This document shows, piece after piece, positions 10,801-19,100 of a stretch of 64,000 bases of DNA; the first letter of the stretch is position 1; each line of letters starts with the position of its first letter. Where the stretch lies: the NCBI GenBank assembly GCA_020697715.1, contig JAEHCO010000002.1, positions 224,001 through 288,000 of the forward strand. Direction: 5' to 3'. The DNA comes from Methanobacteriota archaeon (GTDB lineage: Archaea > Thermoplasmatota > Thermoplasmata > SG8-5 > JAGLSY01). A model generated the notes under the pieces. That model ran no database searches, was not told the origin of the DNA, and saw only the letters and a program-made list of their open reading frames with translations. Both the position numbers and the translations under genes were made by a program.

Positions 10801-13755
10801 CAGGTCGGAGACATATTCCAGGATACTCAGACAACTGATATGGATGGAAAAGTCCTGTTCATGGCTCTTAGTGATACTATCGTATATTCCGTACACCCAA
10901 GCGCGGCATCTACCAGTAATTACAGATTGACTTCTAGCTTCCTTACATATCAGGACCACATCAACATAACACTGCCTTACTATCCTGTCATGACATTGGC
11001 ATCAAATTACATTGTGAAGGATGCCAATGGTGTAGATCTATTGATCACCATGGATGGCGTCAGACCTGATCTTGATCCACCAATATATGTATCACCAAGT
11101 GAATTGGGTAGGAATGAGATATTGGAGATCTCGACAGTAATCAATAATCTTGGTAATGTCACAGCACACGATATCGTTGTAAGATTCTATGATGAGACCT
11201 TTGATGAGATCATCGCGGAAGTTCCAATGGAGCCATTGGCTGTCGGAGAGAGCCGAAGCGTCAATATCACTCACAGTTGGAGTAGCGAGATGTACCTGGG
11301 AGTACACAATATCTCGGTCACAGTGGATTGGGGTAACCTTGTCAAAGAACTGGATGAAACAAATAATCATGCATACACCAATGTGACTGTGGTCGGAAGA
11401 GCTGATCTCACCATTGGTGATTACGGCATTTCGATCGTTCAAGAAAGCGTTGTGAATCATCCGATCAGCATAGGTGTTATAGTGGATAATATTGGAGATA
11501 TTAACACAGCCGATGTCACTGTTAGTGCTTATTATGATGATGATGTTGACGGAACCTATAGTAATCTCACTGGAAGGAACATGACCTTCATTGGTGAGAC
11601 CACCATAGCTCTCATAATGCAGGGTAGCTCAGCTAGTATCGAGCCAATTGTATGGGTCCCGGACATGATCCAGACCTATAATATCACAATCATTGTTGAT
11701 GAAGGACTCGCCATCACCGAGGTCGATGAGGACAATAATATTGGTACTGACTCCATTACGGTAAATGATTACTCCGATATCTATGTTGGACAGGTACTCT
11801 TTATTGTTGATGGACAGGCTGTCACAGAGGTGAACAACAGAACCTTGGTCACAATAAGGGCTCTTGTTAACAATACTGGTGGGACTGCCAATACCGGTAT
11901 CGCCCGCTTCTATGACCATTATGACAATGAGATCGGTAATTACATATTGCCAGTCATCGGCACAGGTCCGGATGATGGTGTCATCGTCGATATGGATTGG
12001 TTCCCAATGGAAGACATGAATGGAAATTCGGTCACCAGGAATGTCGAGGTCAGGGTCACAGATATTGGAATGGGAGAGAACATGGGAGGACAGAGCAATA
12101 CCCTCACCGAATCTATAACCATCAATGATCCTCGCGCGGATCTTACCGCTGCAGTTGATGATCTCAATGTCATTACTGCGGATATCTTCGTATCTAGTGG
12201 ATTTGATGTTAATATCACTGTTTACAATAATGGTGATGACCCGGCTCAGAACTTCACTATTGAAGTGTTCTATGATGATATCATGGATGGGAACCGCATC
12301 GGAAGCATGATCGTGCAGACCCTTGCTGGAGATGCTAATGTCAGCGTGGACATGACCTGCATGGGAATACCAACCGATGGAGAACATTTCCTTTTGGTAT
12401 CAATTGACAGGGATGTTACAGATGATAACTTCACCGCGAATGGTATCAATTACAATATTACGGGTAATGTGGAAGAGTTCAATGAGATGAACAATGATCT
12501 GATCAATGTAACTATCGATGTTAGTATCCCTGAATATATCATCACTCTTGACTCACCTTCCCCTGATATCAGCTATGAATTGGGATCGGACATCAATAAT
12601 ACATTTGTGAGTGGACGGTTGGCAACAGCGACTGATGATGTTGGTGTTCCTGGAGTGACTATCACGATAACCCTTGGCACAAATACGGTGACAACGGAAA
12701 CAGATAATTATGGTAGCTTTGGAATCTCCATACCTCTGCCAACAGTTGTTGGACAGTACCAAGTGACAGCAAGTGCAGATAATTCCGAGGACACGACAAC
12801 ACAGATCAACATGGATGCAGAACCAGAAGATCCTATCTTGTTCTATATTATCATCATCATAATTGTTATTGTTGCAGTGATAGTGGGTATCACTCTATTC
12901 TACTTCAAGGGTCTTGGGAAGACCGTGGAGTGTGGAGAGTGTGGTGCTTTCATACCGGAATCAGCTTCCAAGTGTCCAAAGTGTAATGTCGAGTTCGAGA
13001 CAGACACAGCCAAGTGCAGTGTTTGCGGTGCATGGGTGGAAATGAATAGCAAAACATGTCCTGAATGTAGCTCGGAGTTCACCATTGGGGATGAGGAGAT
13101 CGATGATTACAAGGCCCAGATGAAGAAACAGTACAATGAAGTTGTCAATGGATTTAGAACAGAAGCTAAGAAAGAACTTGGCAGCTCATTCTCAGAAGAA
13201 GACTTCCAGGCCTGGTGGGCGACACAGGCCACCTTCATAACCTTCGATCAGTGGCTGAAGGAAGACGAGGAGATGAAACGCCTCGGATCCAAGCCATGTC
13301 CGAACTGTGCGACACCAAACAGCGTGACAGCAACCATCTGCCATAAGTGCGGAACTGTTATGGACGAGGAAAAGAAGAAGGCGGCACCAGCTGTTGCAGC
13401 AGCACCAGTGGCGGTTAAGAAGAAGGCAGAACCAGAAGTGGCAAAACCTGAAGCAAAACCAACACCTGCAGCTGAACCAGCAAAGGCAGCTGAAGAGGCA
13501 CCAGCCGAGGAAAAACCTGCTGAGGAACCAGCAGGGGATGAGAAGAAGAAATGTCCATCCTGTGGCATGGAACTCGGAGCCCATGAGAAGTCCTGTCCGA
13601 TATGCGCCTATGAATTCGACAAGGGTGATGAGAAACCTCCAGAAACTGGTGGCAGCCCGCCAGAAGGTGGAGCCGCACCAACCAAGAAGGTCGTTAGAAA
13701 ACCTGTCAAGAAGGTTGTAAGAAGGCCTGTACAAAAGACTGGTGGCGGCGAATAA
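7891..13755 (+). CDS. Large cell-surface protein with beta-helix and multiple CARDB domains, one TM helix and a cytoplasmic multi-zinc-ribbon tail
   Basis: Signal peptide; repeated 'PDL...N.G....V.F.D...E..E.NN' CARDB motifs; TM 'ILFYIIIIIIVIVAVIVGITLFYF'; four CxxC-x10-CxxC pairs; Ala/Pro/Glu linker; basic KKVVRKPVKKVVRRPV tail. ATG at 7894 is an alternative start. Confidence 0.8.
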   Translation: MMRRGTQNSVNFAGKCMSIIIVWCMVLSGFMGLFLVNVGTASEINPNTIKEDLVVDSGDFVIESFPWDPQGSWIYDLDGSVTVTGANSLILKNSTLNILQLGAYSLDVSAGGTIKMTNSTITTDSLEFLNASFITGSNLIMDDNSALLFPGNLTFDTSSVNIKDSQIINPVIYFDTCTDVTIADSKIVVPGNANGSFYLDSTEMSIINTDINFDYTLDNNTNCQMNLTAGSYLYAYNMTVGDLTEPIFIFADAVSEVYYYKWAEFSVVDSNNNPIFGAGLSCDYHHTDAAAITYVDNMNNLALAPHTNADDRMIDYLNRISPDTITSANYDVTNSDGMALIPLFTTLHSQAEQAIDVDGHHYGEYNVDVTYSAETGYTYVDFSPYPEIKLINNTVEAPPVQMTGVTLTRPDLTLVPGDITFNPAMDIMIGDSVEINVTINNEEITNALDVFVQIFDYDDLSGIPTEIYNTTIASVPGNDDVYFLIDYIFLVGGLHDIMVVIDYNNTVIEENEMNNSAIASIYVTPDLPELSIETANIGFSQENVSFDNEITITARVRNNGTLNGTNVFVSFFDSDPDMNGDGIVDNNDDEHFTVIGTTNIPNIMPGELITTSVNWIPEIDGTYTIYVWADPSNSFTEYYEDNNLASRDIIITPKPNPTITNFAFDDDTPITGQTVELSLDLINIGNINATGNITVEFYDYDMYGNPLGLIGTAHMKRDLNMTETHVILQDWTPVNIDYHMIQVIVTSDNDVDEGDLTDNVFYFDILVYDDGFQDLIVNNTLPLYSPMDLEIIGDYGLDGYALVEENGVLTIDSSTFTVKQDFSFQFNMIVKDNAVLNILDTSFLTAGSFMELNIMDNAVVNIVGSNLPTTLNIIADDSSTVNIIGSVIGGIFSAPASDADVTLYVENSTFYKPMNNFGGTSTAQLVALTMAIPSILAQESAKIEIYRWLDVQILDANGYPLPGADVDLHYQVGDIFQDTQTTDMDGKVLFMALSDTIVYSVHPSAASTSNYRLTSSFLTYQDHINITLPYYPVMTLASNYIVKDANGVDLLITMDGVRPDLDPPIYVSPSELGRNEILEISTVINNLGNVTAHDIVVRFYDETFDEIIAEVPMEPLAVGESRSVNITHSWSSEMYLGVHNISVTVDWGNLVKELDETNNHAYTNVTVVGRADLTIGDYGISIVQESVVNHPISIGVIVDNIGDINTADVTVSAYYDDDVDGTYSNLTGRNMTFIGETTIALIMQGSSASIEPIVWVPDMIQTYNITIIVDEGLAITEVDEDNNIGTDSITVNDYSDIYVGQVLFIVDGQAVTEVNNRTLVTIRALVNNTGGTANTGIARFYDHYDNEIGNYILPVIGTGPDDGVIVDMDWFPMEDMNGNSVTRNVEVRVTDIGMGENMGGQSNTLTESITINDPRADLTAAVDDLNVITADIFVSSGFDVNITVYNNGDDPAQNFTIEVFYDDIMDGNRIGSMIVQTLAGDANVSVDMTCMGIPTDGEHFLLVSIDRDVTDDNFTANGINYNITGNVEEFNEMNNDLINVTIDVSIPEYIITLDSPSPDISYELGSDINNTFVSGRLATATDDVGVPGVTITITLGTNTVTTETDNYGSFGISIPLPTVVGQYQVTASADNSEDTTTQINMDAEPEDPILFYIIIIIIVIVAVIVGITLFYFKGLGKTVECGECGAFIPESASKCPKCNVEFETDTAKCSVCGAWVEMNSKTCPECSSEFTIGDEEIDDYKAQMKKQYNEVVNGFRTEAKKELGSSFSEEDFQAWWATQATFITFDQWLKEDEEMKRLGSKPCPNCATPNSVTATICHKCGTVMDEEKKKAAPAVAAAPVAVKKKAEPEVAKPEAKPTPAAEPAKAAEEAPAEEKPAEEPAGDEKKKCPSCGMELGAHEKSCPICAYEFDKGDEKPPETGGSPPEGGAAPTKKVVRKPVKKVVRRPVQKTGGGE

Positions 13756-13768
13756 TCATCAAAATAAG

Positions 13769-13792
13769 GAGGGTCGGTGCAATACGACCCTC
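13769..13792 (+). terminator. Stem-loop followed by a pyrimidine tract (putative terminator)
   Basis: GAGGGTCG-gtgcaata-CGACCCTC followed by TTTCCTCTTT, 13 bp after the stop of the 1954-aa gene. Confidence 0.55.
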
Positions 13793-13847
13793 TTTCCTCT
13801 TTCATTAATATAGTTCATAACTCGGTGAATGTTCACACGGTGATACC

Positions 13848-14252
13848 ATGTCAGAAAGAAAGACGAGAATATTGATCGCAAAGCCTGGCTTAGATGGCCA
13901 TGATAGAGGCGCTAAGATAGTAGCCAGAGCTTTGAGGGATGCTGGTTTTGAGGTGATCTACACGGGTTTGCATCAAACACCTGAACAGATAGTGGAGACT
14001 GCCATACAGGAAGATGTGGATGCCATTGGCCTCAGTTGTTTGTCCGGAGCACACATGACCCTTTTTCCCAAGGTGACTCGATTATTGAAGGAAAGAGGTA
14101 TTGATGATATACTGGTGACAGGTGGCGGAATTGTTCCTGAGGAAGATATTCCCGCGCTCAAGGAAGCAGGTATCGACAAGGTCTTTGGACCCGGCACACC
14201 TTTGCAAGATATCATTGATTATCACAATGATAAATGTGGTACTGGGAAGTAA
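13848..14252 (+). CDS. Stand-alone cobalamin-binding subunit of methylmalonyl-CoA mutase family
   Basis: [12 protein letters not shown] (DxHxxG) and GLSCLSGAH motifs; adjacent to meaB. Confidence 0.92.
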   Translation: MSERKTRILIAKPGLDGHDRGAKIVARALRDAGFEVIYTGLHQTPEQIVETAIQEDVDAIGLSCLSGAHMTLFPKVTRLLKERGIDDILVTGGGIVPEEDIPALKEAGIDKVFGPGTPLQDIIDYHNDKCGTGK

Positions 14253-14256
14253 TTAA

Positions 14257-15204
14257 ATGGATCTTGCAGAAAGAGTTCTGTCTGGTGACAAGAGGGGCGT
14301 TGCAAGACTTATAAGCCTCATCGAGTCAGAGGATGAGGACGCGTATGTTCAACTTGGAAAACTACATTCTCATACAGGCAATGCTCACATCATTGGTATA
14401 ACCGGGCCACCCGGATCTGGAAAGAGCACTATTGTTGACAAATTGGCAAAAGCATTCAGAGGTATGGACAAGACCGTGGGTATCATCGCGGTCGATCCAA
14501 CAAGTCCATTCACTGGAGGCGCGATCCTGGGAGATCGGATAAGAATGACCGACCTCACACTTGATCCTGGAATTTTCATAAGAAGCATGGGGACACGCGG
14601 ACATCTTGGCGGACTTTCCAGAGCCGCATCCGGAGCTGTCAGGGTGATGGATGCCTATGGCATGGATATTATAATTCTGGAAACTGTAGGGGCAGGTCAA
14701 TCCGAAGTCGAGATAGTCAGCCACGCCCACACCACGATCATCGTTGAAATGCCAGGTCTGGGGGATGAGATCCAGACCATCAAGGCCGGCATAATGGAGA
14801 TCGGAGATATTTTCATAATCAATAAATCCGATAGGGAAGGAGCGGACAAAACATCGATGGAGATACAAGCGATGTTGGGTCTGAACCCGAACAAACCCGA
14901 ATGGGTGCCACCAATAATCCAGACGATCGCCAGAAAAGGAAAGGGAGTGGATGCGGTTATTGAGAAAATAGAAGACCACTATCAATACCTGAAAGATAGT
15001 GGTATGTACGAGAAGATGATCGAGCAGGGAATAAGGGAAGAGCTGGACGTGCAGATAAAGAGCCAGCTCGGAAGGATCATCAAAAACATCATCAATGAGG
15101 AAAAGCTCGAAGACCTTGTAAAGGATATCGTGGACAAGAATATCGATCCTCACACTGCTGCAAGGCTTCTATTGAAAGATATTGAAGATAAGTTAAGTGA
15201 GTGA
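14257..15204 (+). CDS. meaB: Methylmalonyl-CoA mutase-associated GTPase MeaB (ArgK/LAO family)
   Basis: GITGPPGSGKST, AVDPTSPFTGGAILGDRIRM, ETVGAGQSE and NKSD motifs. Confidence 0.93.
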   Translation: MDLAERVLSGDKRGVARLISLIESEDEDAYVQLGKLHSHTGNAHIIGITGPPGSGKSTIVDKLAKAFRGMDKTVGIIAVDPTSPFTGGAILGDRIRMTDLTLDPGIFIRSMGTRGHLGGLSRAASGAVRVMDAYGMDIIILETVGAGQSEVEIVSHAHTTIIVEMPGLGDEIQTIKAGIMEIGDIFIINKSDREGADKTSMEIQAMLGLNPNKPEWVPPIIQTIARKGKGVDAVIEKIEDHYQYLKDSGMYEKMIEQGIREELDVQIKSQLGRIIKNIINEEKLEDLVKDIVDKNIDPHTAARLLLKDIEDKLSE

Positions 15205-15230
15205 AAATATATCACTCGCTCGGTTGCCAC

Positions 15231-15275
15231 TTATTTCTTGTACTTAGCACAGATCTTAATGAAATTCTTAAAAAT
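15231..15275 (-). repeat. 45-bp direct repeat of the guaAA 3' end
   Basis: ttatttcttgtacttagcacagatcttaatgaaattcttaaaaat occurs at 15231-15275 and 15386-15430. Confidence 0.97.
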
Positions 15276-15385
15276 CTCTTCCCCACCACTTTTTTCTTTA
15301 AACCTCGCTGTGCTGTATCGGGCTCCAAAGAAAAAAGACGGACAAAATAAGAAACTCGCCCGACCCTGCTCGCTCGGTATATGAT
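15231..15385 (-). mobile_element. 155-bp miniature element downstream of guaAA, ending in a duplicate of the guaAA 3' end (att-like)
   Basis: The 45-bp exact direct repeat 15231-15275 = 15386-15430 covers the last 14 codons and stop of guaAA. Internal 11-bp inverted repeat at 15289-15299/15327-15337. No credible ORF. Confidence 0.6.
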
Positions 15386-15958
15386 TTATTTCTTGTACTT
15401 AGCACAGATCTTAATGAAATTCTTAAAAATATCCTCGCCGTACTCAGTATGCTCGACCTCTGGGTGGAATTGCACACCATAGAATGGTTTTTCCTTGTGC
15501 GCGAAAGCCTGGTGCGCACAATCTTTTGAATGCGCGAAGTTCTTGAAAGTGTCCGGTAGAATTTTGACCTCATCATTATGCGATTCCCATACTTGGAAAG
15601 GGTTTGTCACACCTTCGAAGAGTTCATTCTCCTCTTCGATGATGACCGATGTCTTTCCGAACTCCGGAATGCTGGCAGGCCCGGCGGTTCCACCATAATA
15701 AAGGGCCATGAACTGTGCGCCGACACATATTCCCATGATCGGAAACTTCGCTTTGTCAAGATAGTCGCCGCTGTTTCCCAGCATAAGTGCTTCCTCACCT
15801 ATTCTTGGTGCTCCACCAGATAGGATAAGACCATCGACATCCAGGTCCTCGAAGGGTGTGGTATTTGGAATTATCTCTGTTTCCACATCCAGATATTTCA
15901 AAACCCTCCACTCTCTATGGGTCCACTGTCCGCCATTGTCTACAACGAAGATCTTCAT
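15386..15958 (-). CDS. guaAA: GMP synthase subunit A (glutamine amidotransferase)
   Basis: MKIFVVDNGGQWTH, LILSGG, GICVGAQ (catalytic Cys), ESHNDEV, GVQFHPEV. Start moved to M24 of the listed ORF. Confidence 0.93.
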   Translation of the reverse strand: MKIFVVDNGGQWTHREWRVLKYLDVETEIIPNTTPFEDLDVDGLILSGGAPRIGEEALMLGNSGDYLDKAKFPIMGICVGAQFMALYYGGTAGPASIPEFGKTSVIIEEENELFEGVTNPFQVWESHNDEVKILPDTFKNFAHSKDCAHQAFAHKEKPFYGVQFHPEVEHTEYGEDIFKNFIKICAKYKK

Positions 15959-16135
15959 TGACGGGTACATGATGAGATGGGATAAAATGGTTGTGGAAAT
16001 CACCTTATGTTCATTGATATTTTCCAAGTCTTGCTAGAGATATCTAAAATCTGGCAATTAACAATGTTTAGATGTGTTTGCCAGCACACAATCTGGATAG
16101 CTAACCAACAGTAACTATTAATAAGAAATAATTGT

Positions 16136-19100
16136 ATGCAGTTAATGAGGATTAAAATGAAGATAAAAGGTATTTCTATTATTCTTGTTATGATAATGAT
16201 CACTAGCACCATAGTGATAGGTGCGGATGTAGAGGATGATACTCTATATGTGCCCCACGGTGCTATAAGGATCAACAGTGATGGGGAATTCGCAATACAG
16301 GCTGGCATAAATGGATGGCCTGGTGATGGCTCCGAAGGTGCGCCTTATGTCATCTTCGATTACGAGATAACTGGGGTCGGGCCCGGCATCTATATTGGAA
16401 ATACATCTGTGCATTTTATCATTGACAGCAATTATATCCATAGCATAACAGGAACTTCTGGTATGGAGCTGTTCAATGTTGAGAATGGCATCGTTCTCAA
16501 CAACATCATTGATGGGGTCACAGCCCCAAATTCTGCTGTGCCAGGCGGGGATGGAGGCACAGCTTCTGGAATCTTTATCGATGCAGGTATTGGCCTGACC
16601 ATAGCCAATAATTCAATAGCAAACATAACAGGCGGCAATGGAGGTGACGGAAGCCATGGCTCAGGAGGGGCACCTCCTACCGATGGTAGTCCAGGAGGAG
16701 ACGGAGGTGGCTCTTTCGGTATTTATGTTTATGATTCTCCCTTTGGAACCATTGCCAACAATGACATCAGCCTCCTTCTTGCCGGAAACGGTGGCCTTGG
16801 TGGTAATGGAGGAGAAGGAGATTACGAGTCCGGATCTGATGGGGCGTTCGGAGGAGACGGCGGCATGGGAGGAGCTGCCGCCGGTATATTCTTAGCCACT
16901 TCAGAGCAAGAGGTCACAGGAAATCAAATTGCCCAATTGGCTGCAGCCGATGGTGGAAGCGGCGGCGCTGGCGGAACAGGCGCCGGTACTATGTTCGGCA
17001 CACCAGGTAATGGTGGCTTCGGAGGCTATGCAGGAGATGGAGGCTTAGCTGCTGGTATCCTGATATCCAATCAACCTTCAACCTTACAGAACAATTATCT
17101 AGATTTGAACACAATCAGCCAGATAAATGGCGGTGATGGCGGATGGGGTGGACCCGGCGGAGATGGTGGGACAAAAGATTTTGGAACTGGTGGCAATGGC
17201 GGTGATGGCGGCTGGGGCGGCAATGCCGGAGAGGCTGCTGGCTCCTACTGTGAAATTGCAACTGGCATAATTTATGATGATAATGATATTCATGATATAT
17301 TTGCAGGCAGCATTGGTTTTGCTGGTACCGGTGGCTTTGGGGGAGGAATGATCGCCGGACTTGACGGGTCCAATGGCCAGGATGGATGGCCTGCGATTCC
17401 GGCTGGCATCAAGATGGTGTCTGTAGGCAATACCGAGATAACCAGGAATCACATCCATGACATAGTTGGTTATTATGTCCATCTGGATACTGTTGACAAT
17501 TCCTTCATTTATTACAACTCATTCATTAACTGTGCGAATGGCGAATACGAGACTCATTTCAATCCATCAAACAACCAGTGGGACAATGGATATCCAAATG
17601 GAGGAAATTACTGGTTCGACTATGGTGGCGTGGACTTTTTCGAGGGTGTTAACCAAGATATACTTGGAGAGGATGGCTTTGGTGATACACCGAGAGCCAT
17701 CAATGAAGATTTCGCGGTGGCCCAGGACAGATATCCATTGATATGGGACCCTGCCGGTACAGCGAACATCGATGTGCTGGAAACGGTTCCAGCCGATGAG
17801 GAAGTTGGTGTTGTGGAGGACACGATGATCCAGGTCACATTCGACCCTAGGATTAATTCCATCCCCACTTTGACCCAAACATCAGGAACTCCTGTGACCT
17901 ACACATTCGCCGGATTAATAACGGTGTATCAGACAGATGACACTGCCACATGGACACATCCAGATTGGGTCAGTGGAGAGGATATCACCCTTGAGGTCAA
18001 CAATATCAGGAGTTATCCAGTTGCCGAATATGCCCTCCCATACTCATGGTCATTCACAGTTGGTGATACAAAGGCACCAACTGTTCTCTCGACAACACCA
18101 GCAGATGGATCAACAGGGGCCGGACTCACAGATAGTGTGGTCGCTGTCTTCAATGAGACACTGAACACATTGGTAACACCTGCATTGGCTCAGCTGGTAG
18201 GTGATGATCCAGGCTACACATTCACTGGCTTCAGCACCACGAATGTGCCTGATGACACGTTGACATGGACGCATCCAGCATGGACAGATGAGGATGCGGT
18301 AACACTTGAAATATCATTAACAGAAGACATGGCGGGCAATGCCATGACACCATATTCCTGGTCATTCGATACTGAGGATATCACCGACCCTAATGTGCTT
18401 TCGACCATTCCTGTTATAGCAGCAACATCAGTGCCCAAGGGCCAGAATGTGGTCGTAGTTTTCACAGAGACCATGGACACAGGAGCAATACCCTTCATAA
18501 CAATGGATGCTGGAACAAACCCCGGAGGCTGGACCTTCCTCGGATGGAGCACGACCAATGTGGCCGATGATACAGCCACATGGAGTCACAATGACTGGCT
18601 TGATGGAGAGATGATCAGCATGCGCGTTCAGAGCTATCGCGACCTAGAGATGAACTGGGGGCCGCCCGTGAACTGGGCCTTCTGGATAGAAGATACTGTC
18701 TCACCAGATGTGGACAATACCAGTCCTGCTGATGGAGCTACTGATGTCTTTGAGACCTTCAATAATGTGAACATTTACTTCAGTGAATCCATGAATGGTA
18801 GCATAACCCCGACCCTGACCCAGATCACTGGCGATGTAGTGGGCTACACCTTCCTAGGATGGTTCACGACCTATGTGGAAAATGACACGGCCGCTTGGAA
18901 TCATGCAGCACAGTGGAGCTCCAATGACCTTATTACATTGAATGTGACCGGGCAGAAGGATCTGGCCGGGAACACTGGCGCCCCCTACGAGTGGTCATTC
19001 ACGATACGCGATTACGATGACCCGTACATTCTTGAGACCACACCGCCGGACGGCGCAACAGGTGTGGCACTGGACACCACCATAGTGGTCGTGTTCTCAG

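Noticed and set aside
15220-15228. TCGGTTGCC match to tRNA-Leu unit 2 (54954-54962)
   Set aside because: Only 9 bp and in opposite orientation relative to the host genes; cannot be distinguished from chance.
15231-15445. Diversity-generating retroelement TR/VR pair at guaAA
   Set aside because: The differences are not adenine-specific (G/C, A/G, G/T at third codon positions), the adenine-rich 45 bp are identical, and no RT is in the window.
15298-15576. 92-aa ORF
   Set aside because: Out-of-frame overlap with guaAA that runs into the non-coding element.
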